A DNA stretch of 59,273 bases. Origin: Utricularia gibba (Eukaryota; Plantae; Magnoliophyta). The stretch lies in contig NEEC01000194.1 in the NCBI GenBank assembly GCA_002189035.1, positions 1 through 59,273 on the forward strand, given 5' to 3'. Below, one piece after another: positions 41,501 through 52,300 of the stretch; within the stretch, counting starts at the first letter, position 1; each line of letters starts with the position of its first letter. A model generated the notes under the pieces. It ran no database searches and was not told the DNA's origin. It worked only from the letters and a program-made list of their open reading frames with translations. The position numbers and the translations under genes are program-made.

Positions 41501-42340
41501 TAACTGCATCACGATTTTCGTCGAGTAGGACCAGATTTGCAAAGGAGTCAGACCGAACCTTGGGTCAGAACGAAGTTCACAACGACATCACCCGCCCAAA
41601 ACGACAAGCTTTTCCTTGAGAAAACCATTTAGGCAGCCTATTAAAACCAACGTTAATAAATGCATCAAGTTTTTTGCCGAGCTACAAATGACTATGGGCC
41701 CGAGCTCGACTCGACCTCCTGCTCGATACCGTTGCCCACGAGAGTGCCTTATCAAATATAAAGCATGCGGTTGAGAAAACCATTTTGGGTGCTCATGATA
41801 TCCTAACTTCAATAACTGCATCACGATTTTCGTCGAGTAGGACCCGATGTGGCAAAGGAGTCAGACCGAACCTATGGTCAGAACGAAGTTCAAACGACAT
41901 CACCCGCCCAAAACGACAAGCTTTTCCTTGAGAAACTATGTAGGCAGCCTAATTAAAACCCAACGTTAATAAATGCATCAATTTTTTTGCCGGGCTACAA
42001 ATGACTCTGGGCCGAGCTCGACTCGACCTTTGCTCGATACCGTTGCCCACTACAGAGCCTCCTCAAATATAAAGCATGCGATTGAAAACATTTTGGGTGC
42101 TCATGAATCCTAACTTCAATAACTGCATCACGATTTTCGTCGAGTAGGACCAGATTTGGCAAAGAGACAGACCGAACCTTGGGTCAGAACGAAGTTCACA
42201 ACGACATCACCCGCCCAAAACGACAAGCTTTTCCTGAGAAAACCATTTAGGCGGCCTATTAAAACCAACCGTAATAAATGCATCAAGTTTTTTTGCCGAG
42301 CTACAAATGACTATGGGCCCGAGCTCGACTCGACCTCCTA
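29593..42340 (+). repeat. Predominantly 5-mer HOR domain (B-C-A-A-D / B-X-C-A-D) with interspersed D-B dimers
   Basis: B-position marker at 29593, 31130, 31752, 33297, 34534, 36066, 37601, 39152, 41006, 41625 and 42243, i.e. steps of 5,2,5,4,5,5,5,6,2,2 monomers. Confidence 0.7.
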
Positions 42341-45300
42341 CTCGATACCGTTGCCCACGAGAGCGCCTTATCAATATAAAGCATGCGGTTGAGAAAACCA
42401 TTTTGGGTGCTCATGACATCCTAACTTCAATAAGTGCATCACGATTTTCGTCGAGTAGGACCCGATGTGGCAAAGGAGTCAGACCGAACCTTGGGTCAGA
42501 ACGAAGTTCACAACGACATCAACCCGCCCAAAAACGACAAGCTTTTCTTGAGAAACCATGTAGGCAGCCAATTAAAACCCAACGTTAAGAAATGCATCAA
42601 GTTTTTTTGCCGAGCTACAAATGACTATGGGCCCGAGCTCGACTCGACCTCCTTCTCGATACCGTTGCCCCACGAGAGCGCCTCCTCAGATATAAAGCAT
42701 GCGGTTGAGAAAACCATTTTGGGTGCTTATGACATCCTAACTTCAATAAGTGCATCACGATTTCGTCGAGTAGGACCGATGTGGCAAAGGAGTCAGACGA
42801 ACCTTGGGTCAGAACGAAGTTCACAACGACATCACCCGCCCAAAAACGACAAGCTTTTCCTTGAGAAACCATGTAGGCAGCCAATTAAAACCCAACGTTA
42901 AGAAATGCATCAAGTTTTTTGCCGAGCCACAAATGACTATGGGCCCGAGCTCGACTCGACCACTGCTCGATACCGTTGCCCACGAGAGCGCTTCAAATAT
43001 AAAGCATGCGGTTGAGAAAACCATTTTGGGTGCTCATGACATCCTAACTTCAATAAGTGCAGCACGATTTTCGTCGAGTAGGACCCGATGTGGCAAAGGA
43101 GTCAGACCGAACCTTGGGTCAGAACGAAGTTCACAACGACATCACCCCCAAAAACGACAAGCTTTTCCTTGAGAAACCATGTAGGCAGCCAATTAAAACC
43201 CAACGTTAAGAAATGCATCAAGTTTTTTGCCGAGCTACAAATGACTATGGGCCCGAGCTCGACTCGACCTCCTGCTCGATACCGTTGCCCCACGAGAGCG
43301 CCTTTCAAATATAAAGCATGCGGTTGAGAAAACCATTTTGGGTGCTCATGACATCCTAACTTCAATAAGTGCATCACGATTTTTCGTCGAGTAGGACCGA
43401 TGTGGCAAAGGAGTCAGACCGAACCTTGGGTCAGAACGAAGTTCACAACGACATCACCCGCCCAAAAACGACAAGCTTTTCCTTGAGAAACCATGTAGGC
43501 AGCCAATTAAAACCCAACGTTAAGAAATGCATCAGTTTTTTGCCGAGCTACAAATGACTATGGGCCCGAGCTCGACTCGACCTCCTTCTCGATACCGTTG
43601 CCCACGAGAGCGCCTCCTCAGATATAAAGCATGCGGTTGAGAAAACCATTTTGGGTGCTTATGACATCCTAACTTCAATAAGTGCATCACGATTTCGTCG
43701 AGTAGGACCCGATGTGGAAAAAGGAGTCAGACCGAACCTTGGGTCAGAACGAAGTTCACAACGACATCACCCGCCCAAAAACGACAAGCTTTTCCTTGAG
43801 AAACCATGTAGGCAGCCAATTAAAACCCAACGTTAAGAAATGCATCAAGTTTTTTGCCGAGCCACAAATGACTATGGGCCCGAGCTCGACTCGACCACCT
43901 GCTCGATACCGTTGCCCCCACGAGAGCGCCTTATCAAATATAAAGCATGCGGTTGAGAAAACCATTTTGGGTGCTCATGACATCCTAACTTCAATAAGTG
44001 CATCACGATTTTCGTCGAGTAGGACCCGATGTGGCAAAGGAGTCAGACCGAACCTTGGGTCAGAACGAAGTTCACAACGACATCACCCCGCCCAAAAACG
44101 ACAAGCTTTTCCTTGAGAAACCATGTAGGCAGCCAATTAAAACCCAACGTTAAGAAATGCATCAAGTTTTTTGCCGAGCTACAAATGACTATGGGCCGAG
44201 CTCGACTCGACCTCCTTCTCGATACCGTTGCCCCACGAGAGCGCCTCCTCAATATAAAGCATGCGGTTGAGAAAACCATTTTGGGTGCTCATGACATCCT
44301 AACTTCAATAAGTGCATCACGATTTTCGTCGAGTAGGACCCGATGTGGCAAAAGGAGTCAGACCGAACCTTGGGTCAGAACGAAGTTCACAACGACATCA
44401 CCGCCCAAAAACGACAAGCTTTTCCTTGAGAAACCATGTAGGCAGCCAATTAAAACCCAACGTTAAGAAATGCATCAAGTTTTTTGCCGAGCTACAAATG
44501 ACTATGGCCCGAGCTCGACTCGACCCCTGCTCGATACCGTTGCCCCACGAGAGCGCCTTATCAAATATAAAGCATGCGGTTGAGAAAACCATTTTGGGTG
44601 CTTATGACATCCTAACTTCAATAAGTGCATCACGATTTTCGTCGAGTAGGACCCGATGTGGCAAAGGAGTCAGACCGAACCTTGGGTCAGAACGAAGTTC
44701 ACAACGACATCACCCGCCCAAAAACGACAAGCTTTTCCTTGAGAAACCATGTAGGCAGCCAATTAAAACCCAACGTTAAGAAATGCATCAAGTTTTTTGC
44801 CGAGCTACAAATGACTATGGGCCGAGCTCGACTCGACCTCCTGCTCGATACCGTTGCCCACGAGAGCGCCTCTCAAATATAAAGCATGCGGTTGAGAAAA
44901 CCATTTTGGGTGCTCATGACATCCTAACTTCAATAAGTGCATCACGATTTTCGTCGAGTAGGACCCGATGTGGCAAAGGAGTCAGACCGAACCTTGGGTC
45001 AGAACGAAGTTCACAACGACATCACCCGCCAAAAACGACAAGCTTTTCCTTGAGAAACCATGTAGGCAGCCAATTAAAACCCAACGTTAAGAAATGCATC
45101 AAGTTTTTTGCCGAGCTACAAATGACTATGGGCCCGAGCTCGACTCGACCTCCTTCTCGATACCGTTGCCCCACGAGAGCGCCTCCTCAGATATAAAGCA
45201 TGCGGTTGAGAAAACCATTTTGGGTGCTTATGACATCCTAACTTCAATAAGTGCATCACGATTTCGTCGAGTAGGACCCGATGTGGAAAGGAGTCAGACC

Positions 45301-45900
45301 GAACCTTGGGTCAGAACGAAGTTCACAACGACATCACCCGCCCAAAAACGACAAGCTTTTCCTTGAGAAACCATGTAGGCAGCCAATTAAAACCCAACGT
45401 TAAGAAATGCATCAAGTTTTTTGCCGAGCTACAAATGACTATGGGCCCGAGCTCGACTCGACCACCTGCTCGATACCGTTGCCCACGAGAGCGCCTTATC
45501 AAATATAAAGCATGCGGTTGAGAAAACCATTTTGGGTGCTCATGACATCCTAACTTCAATAAGTGCATCACGATTTTCGTCGAGTAGGACCCGATGTGGC
45601 AAAGGAGTCAGACCGAACCTTGGGTCAGAACGAAGTTCACAACGACATCACCCGCCCAAAAACGACAAGCTTTTCCTTGAGAAACCATGTAGGCAGCCAA
45701 TTAAAACCCAACGTTAAGAAATGCATCAAGTTTTTTGCCGAGCTACAAATGACTATGGGCCCGAGCTCGACTCGACCACCTGCTCGATACCGTTGCCCCA
45801 CGAGAGCGCCTTATCAATATAAAGCATGCGGTTGAGAAAACCATTTTGGGTGCTCATGACATCCTAACTTCAATAAGTGCATCACGATTTTCGTCGAGTA

Positions 45901-46215
45901 GGACCCGATGTGGCAAAGGAGTCAGACCGAACCTTGGGTCAGAACGAAGTTCACAACGACATCACCCGCCCAAAAACGACAAGCTTTTCCTTGAGAAACC
46001 ATGTAGGCAGCCAATTAAAACCCAACGTTAAGAAATGCATCAAGTTTTTTGCCGAGCTACAAATGACTATGGGCCCGAGCTCGACTCGACCTCCTTCTCG
46101 ATACCGTTGCCCCACGAGAGCGCCTCCTCAGATATAAAGCATGCGGTTGAGAAAACCATTTTGGGTGCTTATGACATCCTAACTTCAATAAGTGCATCAC
46201 GATTTTCGTCGAGTA
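45901..46215 (+). repeat. Representative full-length 315-bp monomer (E subfamily)
   Basis: Exact 315-bp period measured between identical anchors; no apparent homopolymer deletions in this copy. Confidence 0.95.
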
Positions 46216-46338
46216 GGACCCGATGTGGCAAAGGAGTCAGACCGAACCTTGGGTCAGAACGAAGTTCACAACGACATCACCCGCCCAAAAACGACAAGCT
46301 TTTCCTTGAGAAACCATGTAGGCAGCCAATTAAAACCC
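46024..46338 (+). repeat. Monomer resolved into two diverged subunits of 157 bp (46024-46180) and 158 bp (46181-46338)
   Basis: AACGTTAAGAAATGCATCAAGTTTTTTGCCGAG (46024-46056) aligns ungapped to AACTTCAATAAGTGCATCACGATTTTCGTCGAG (46181-46213) at 25/33. The equivalent pair in the first monomer (19-51 vs 174-206) matches 26/33. Both subunits also share TTGAGAAA(A)CCAT upstream. Confidence 0.9.
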
Positions 46339-49300
46339 AACGTTAAGAAATGCATCAAGTTTTTTGCCGAGCCACAAATGACTATGGGCCCGAGCTCGAC
46401 TCGACCTCCTGCTCGATACCGTTGCCCCACGAGAGCGCCTCCTCAATATAAAGCATGCGGTTGAGAAAACCATTTTGGGTGCTCATGACATCCTAACTTC
46501 AATAAGTGCATCACGATTTTCGTCGAGTAGGACCCGATGTGGCAAAGGAGTCAGACCGAACCTTGGGTCAGAACGAAGTTCACAACGACATCACCGCCCA
46601 AAAACGACAAGCTTTTCCTTGAGAAACCATGTAGGCAGCCAATTAAAACCCAACGTTAAGAAATGCATCAAGTTTTTTGCCGAGCTACAAATGACTATGG
46701 GCCCGAGCTCGACTCGACCTCCTTCTCGATACCGTTGCCCCACGAGAGCGCCTCCTCAGATATAAAGCATGCGGTTGAGAAAACCATTTTGGGTGCTCAT
46801 GACATCCTAACTTCAATAAGTGCATCACGATTTTCGTCGAGTAGGACCCGATGTGGAAAAGGAGTCAGACCGAACCTTGGGTCAGAACGAAGTTCACAAC
46901 GACATCACCGCCCAAAAACGACAAGCTTTTCCTTGAGAAACCATGTAGGCAGCCAATTAAAACCCAACGTTAAGAAATGCATCAAGTTTTTTGCCGAGCC
47001 ACAAATGACTATGGGCCCGAGCTCGACTCGACCTCCTGCTCGATACCGTTGCCCCACGAGAGCGCCTTATCAAATATAAAGCATGCGGTTGAGAAAACCA
47101 TTTTGGGTGCTCATGACATCCTAACTTCAATAAGTGCATCACGATTTTCGTCGAGTAGGACCCGATGTGGCAAAGGAGTCAGACCGAACCTTGGGTCAGA
47201 ACGAAGTTCACAACGACATCACCCGCCCAAAAACGACAAGCTTTTCCTTGAGAAACCATGTAGGCAGCCAATTAAAACCCAACGTTAAGAAATGCATCAA
47301 GTTTTTTTGCCGAGCTACAAATGACTATGGGCCGAGCTCGACTCGACCCTGCTCTCGATACCGTTGCCCCACGAGAGCGCCTCTCAAATATAAAGCATGC
47401 GGTTGAGAAAACCATTTTGGGTGCTCATGACATCCTAACTTCAATAAGTGCATCACGATTTTCGTCGAGTAGGACCCGATGTGCAAAGGAGTCAGACCGA
47501 ACCTTGGGTCAGAACGAAGTTCACAACGACATCACCCGCAAAAAACGACAAGCTTTTCCTTGAGAAACCATGTAGGCAGCCAATTAAAACCCAACGTTAA
47601 GAAATGCATCAAGTTTTTTGCCGAGCTACAAACTATGGGCCCGAGCTCGACTCGACCTCCTTCTCGATACCGTTGCCCACGAGAGCGCCTCCTCAGATAT
47701 AAAGCATGCGGTTGAGAAAACCATTTTGGGTGCTTATGACATCCTAACTTCAATAAGTGCATCACGATTTTCGTCGAGTAGGACCCGATGTGGCAAAAGG
47801 AGTCAGACCGAACCTTGGGTCAGAACGAAGTTCACAACGACATCACCCGCCAAAAACGACAAGCTTTTCCTTGAGAAACCATGTAGGCAGCCAATTAAAA
47901 CCCAACGTTAAGAAATGCATCAAGTTTTTTGCCGAGCCACAAATGACTATGGGCCCGAGCTCGACTCGACCACCTGCTCGATACCGTTGCCCCACGAGAG
48001 CGCTTATCAAATATAAAGCATGCGGTTGAGAAAACCATTTTGGGTGCTCATGACATCCTAACTTCAATAAGTGCATCACGATTTTCGTCGAGTAGGACCC
48101 GATGTGGCAAAGGAGTCAGACCGAACCTTGGGTCAGAACGAAGTTCACAACGACATCACCCGCCCAAAAACGACAAGCTTTTTCCTTGAGACCATGTAGG
48201 CAGCCAATTAAAACCCAACGTTAAGAAATGCATCAAGTTTTTTGCCGAGCTACAAATGACTATGGGCCCGAGCTCGACTCGACCTCCTTCTCGATACCGT
48301 TGCCCCACGAGAGCGCCTCCTCAGATATAAAGCATGCGGTTGAGAAAACCATTTTGGGTGCTTATGACATCCTAACTTCAATAAGTGCATCACGATTTCG
48401 TCGAGTAGGACCCGATGTGGAAAAGGAGTCAGACCGAACCTTGGGTCAGAACGAAGTTCACAACGACATCACCCGCCAAAAACGAAGCTTTTCCTTGAGA
48501 AACCATGTAGGCAGCCAATTAAAACCCAACGTTAAGAAATGCATCAAGTTTTTTGCCGAGCTACAAATGACTATGGGCCCGAGCTCGACTCGACCCTGCT
48601 CGATACCGTTGCCCCACGAGAGCGCCTTATCAAATATAAAGCATGCGGTTGAGAAAACCATTTTGGGTGCTCATGACATCCTAACTTCAATAAGTGCATC
48701 ACGATTTTCGTCGAGTAGGACCCGATGTGGCAAAGGAGTCAGACCGAACCTTGGGTCAGAACGAAGTTCACAACGACATCACCCGCCAAAAACGACAAGC
48801 TTTTCCTTGAGAAACCATGTAGGCAGCCAATTAAAACCCAACGTTAAGAAATGCATCAAGTTTTTTGCCGAGCTACAAATGACTATGGGCCCGAGCTCGA
48901 CTCGACCACCTGCTCGATACCGTTGCCCACGAGAGCGCCTCAAATATAAAGCATGCGGTTGAGAAAACCATTTTGGGTGCTCATGACATCCTAACTTCAA
49001 TAAGTGCATCACGATTTTCGTCGAGTAGGACCGATGTGGCAAAGGAGTCAGACCGAACCTTGGGTCAGAACGAAGTTCACAACGACATCACCGCCCAAAA
49101 ACGACAAGCTTTTCCTTGAGAAACCATGTAGGCAGCCAATTAAAACCCAACGTTAAGAAATGCATCAAGTTTTTTGCCGAGCTACAAATGACTATGGGCC
49201 CGAGCTCGACTCGACCTCTTCTCGATACCGTTGCCCCACGAGAGCGCCTCCTCAGATATAAAGCATGCGGTTGAGAAAACCATTTTGGGTGCTCATGACA

Positions 49301-52300
49301 TCCTAACTTCAATAAGTGCATCACGATTTTCGTCGAGTAGGACCCGATGTGGAAAGGAGTCAGACCGAACCTTGGGTCAGAACGAAGTTCACAACGACAT
49401 CACCCGCCCAAAAACGACAAGCTTTTCTTGAGAAACCATGTAGGCAGCCAATTAAAACCCAACGTTAAGAAATGCATCAAGTTTTTTGCCGAGCTACAAA
49501 TGACTATGGGCCCGAGCTCGACTCGACCACCTGCTCGATACCGTTGCCCCACGAGAGCGCCTTATCAAATATAAAGCATGCGGTTGAGAAAACCATTTTG
49601 GGTGCTCATGACATCCTAACTTCAATAAGTGCATCACGATTTTCGTCGAGTAGGACCCGATGTGGCAAAGGAGTCAGACCGAACCTTGGGTCAGAACGAA
49701 GTTCACAACGACATCACCCGCCCAAAAACGACAAGCTTTTCCTTGAGAAAACCATGTAGGCAGCCAATTAAAACCCAACGTTAAGAAATGCATCAAGTTT
49801 TTTGCGAGCTACAAATGACTATGGGCCCGAGCTCGACTCGACCTCCTTCTCGATACCGTTGCCCACGAGAGCGCCTCCTCAGATATAAGCATGCGGTTGA
49901 GAAAACCATTTTGGGTGCTTATGACATCCTAACTTCAATAAGTGCATCACGATTTTCGTCGAGTAGGACCCGATGTGGAAAAGGAGTCAGACCGAACCTT
50001 GGGTCAGAACGAAGTTCACAACGACATCACCGCCCAAAAACGACAAGCTTTTCCTTGAGAAACCATGTAGGCAGCCAATTAAAACCCAACGTTAAGAAAT
50101 GCATCAAGTTTTTTGCCGAGCCACAAATGACTATGGGCCCGAGCTCGACTCGACCACCTGCTCGATACCGTTGCCCCACGAGAGCGCCTTATCAATATAA
50201 AGCATGCGGTTGAGAAAACCATTTTGGGTGCTCATGACATCCTAACTTCAATAAGTGCATCACGATTTTCGTCGAGTAGGACCCGATGTGGCAAAGGAGT
50301 CAGACCGAACCTTGGGTCAGAACGAAGTTCACAACGACATCACCCGCCCAAAAACGACAAGCTTTTCCTTGAGAAACCATGTAGGCAGCCAATTAAAACC
50401 CAACGTTAAGAAATGCATCAAGTTTTTTGCCGAGCTACAAATGACTATGGGCCCGAGCTCGACTCGACCTCCTTCTCGATACCGTTGCCCCACGAGAGCG
50501 CCTCCTCAGATATAAAGCATGCGGTTGAGAAAACCATTTTGGGTGCTTATGACATCCTAACTTCAATAAGTGCATCACGATTTTCGTCGAGTAGGACCCG
50601 ATGTGGAAAAAGGAGTCAGACCGAACCTTGGGTCAGAACGAAGTTCACAACGACATCACCCGCCCAAAAACGACAAGCTTTTCCTTGAGAAACCATGTAG
50701 GCAGCCAATTAAAACCAACGTTAAGAAATGCATCAAGTTTTTTGCCGAGCCACAAATGACTATGGGCCCGAGCTCGACTCGACCACCTCGATACCGTTGC
50801 CCACGAGAGCGCCTATCAAATATAAAGCATGCGGTTGAGAAACCATTTTGGGTGCTCATGACATCCTAACTTCAATAAGTGCATCACGATTTTCGTCGAG
50901 TAGGACCCGATGTGGCAAAGGAGTCAGACCGAACCTTGGGTCAGAACGAAGTTCACAACGACATCACCCGCCCAAAAACGACAAGCTTTTCCTTGAGAAA
51001 CCATGTAGGCAGCCAATTAAAACCCAACGTTAAGAAATGCATCAAGTTTTTGCCGAGCTACAAATGACTATGGGCCCGAGCTCGACTCGACCTCCTTCTC
51101 GATACCGTTGCCCCACGAGAGCGCCTCCTCAGATATAAAGCATGCGGTTGAGAAAACCATTTTGGGTGCTCATGACATCCTAACTTCAATAAGTGCATCA
51201 CGATTTTCGTCGAGTAGGACCCGATGTGGCAAAGGAGTCAGACCGAACCTTGGGTCAGAACGAAGTTCACAACGACATCACCCGCCCAAAAACGACAAGC
51301 TTTTCCTTGAGAAACCATGTAGGCAGCCAATTAAAACCCAACGTTAAGAAATGCATCAAGTTTTTTGCCGAGCTACAAATGACTATGGGCCCGAGCTCGA
51401 CTCGACCCCTTCTCGATACCGTTGCCCCACGAGAGCGCCTCCTCAAATATAAAGCATGCGGTTGAGAAAACCATTTTGGGTGCTCATGACATCCTAACTT
51501 CAATAAGTGCAGCACGATTTTCGTCGAGTAGGACCCGATGTGGCAAAGGAGTCAGACCGAACCTTGGGTCAGAACGAAGTTCACAACGACATCACCCGCC
51601 CAAAAACGACAAGCTTTTCCTTGAGAAACCATGTAGGCAGCCAATTAAAACCCAACGTTAAGAAATGCATCAAGTTTTTTGCCGAGCTACAAATGACTAT
51701 GGGCCCGAGCTCGACTCGACCTCCTGCTCGATACCGTTGCCCCACGAGAGCGCCTTATCAATATAAAGCATGCGGTTGAGAAAACCATTTTGGGTGCTCA
51801 TGACATCCTAACTTCAATAAGTGCATCACGATTTTCGTCGAGTAGGACCCGATGTGGCAAAGGAGTCAGACCGAACCTTGGGTCAGAACGAAGTTCACAA
51901 CGACATCACCCGCCCAAAAACGACAAGCTTTTCCTTGAGAAACCATGTAGGCAGCCAATTAAAACCCAACGTTAAGAAATGCATCAAGTTTTTTGCCGAG
52001 CTACAAATGACTATGGGCCGAGCTCGACTCGACCTCCTTCTCGATACCGTTGCCCCACGAGAGCGCCTCCTCAGATATAAAGCATGCGGTTGAGAAAACC
52101 ATTTTGGGTGCTCATGACATCCTAACTTCAATAAGTGCATCACGATTTTCGTCGAGTAGGACCCGATGTGGAAAAAGGAGTCAGACCGAACCTTGGGTCA
52201 GAACGAAGTTCACAACGACATCACCCGCCCAAAAACGACAAGCTTTTCCTTGAGAAACCATGTAGGCAGCCAATTAAAACCCAACGTTAAGAAATGCATC

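Noticed and set aside
45971-46065. Helically phased A-tracts (intrinsic curvature)
   Set aside because: Hand-measured spacings (about 13, 11, 21, 16, 12 and 16 bp) are not consistently ~10.5 bp; a curvature model would be needed before claiming this.
45901-46215. Apparent excess of palindromes (GAGCTC, GGGCCC, AAGCTT, ATGCAT, GCATGC, AACGTT, and TCATGA in many copies)
   Set aside because: About 6-7 six-bp palindromes per monomer versus ~5 expected by chance; not a meaningful enrichment.
46084-46215. Inverted repeat ACTCGAC / GTCGAGT as a hairpin or MITE terminal repeat
   Set aside because: Only 7 bp long and ~120 bp apart, with no target-site duplication or element boundaries.
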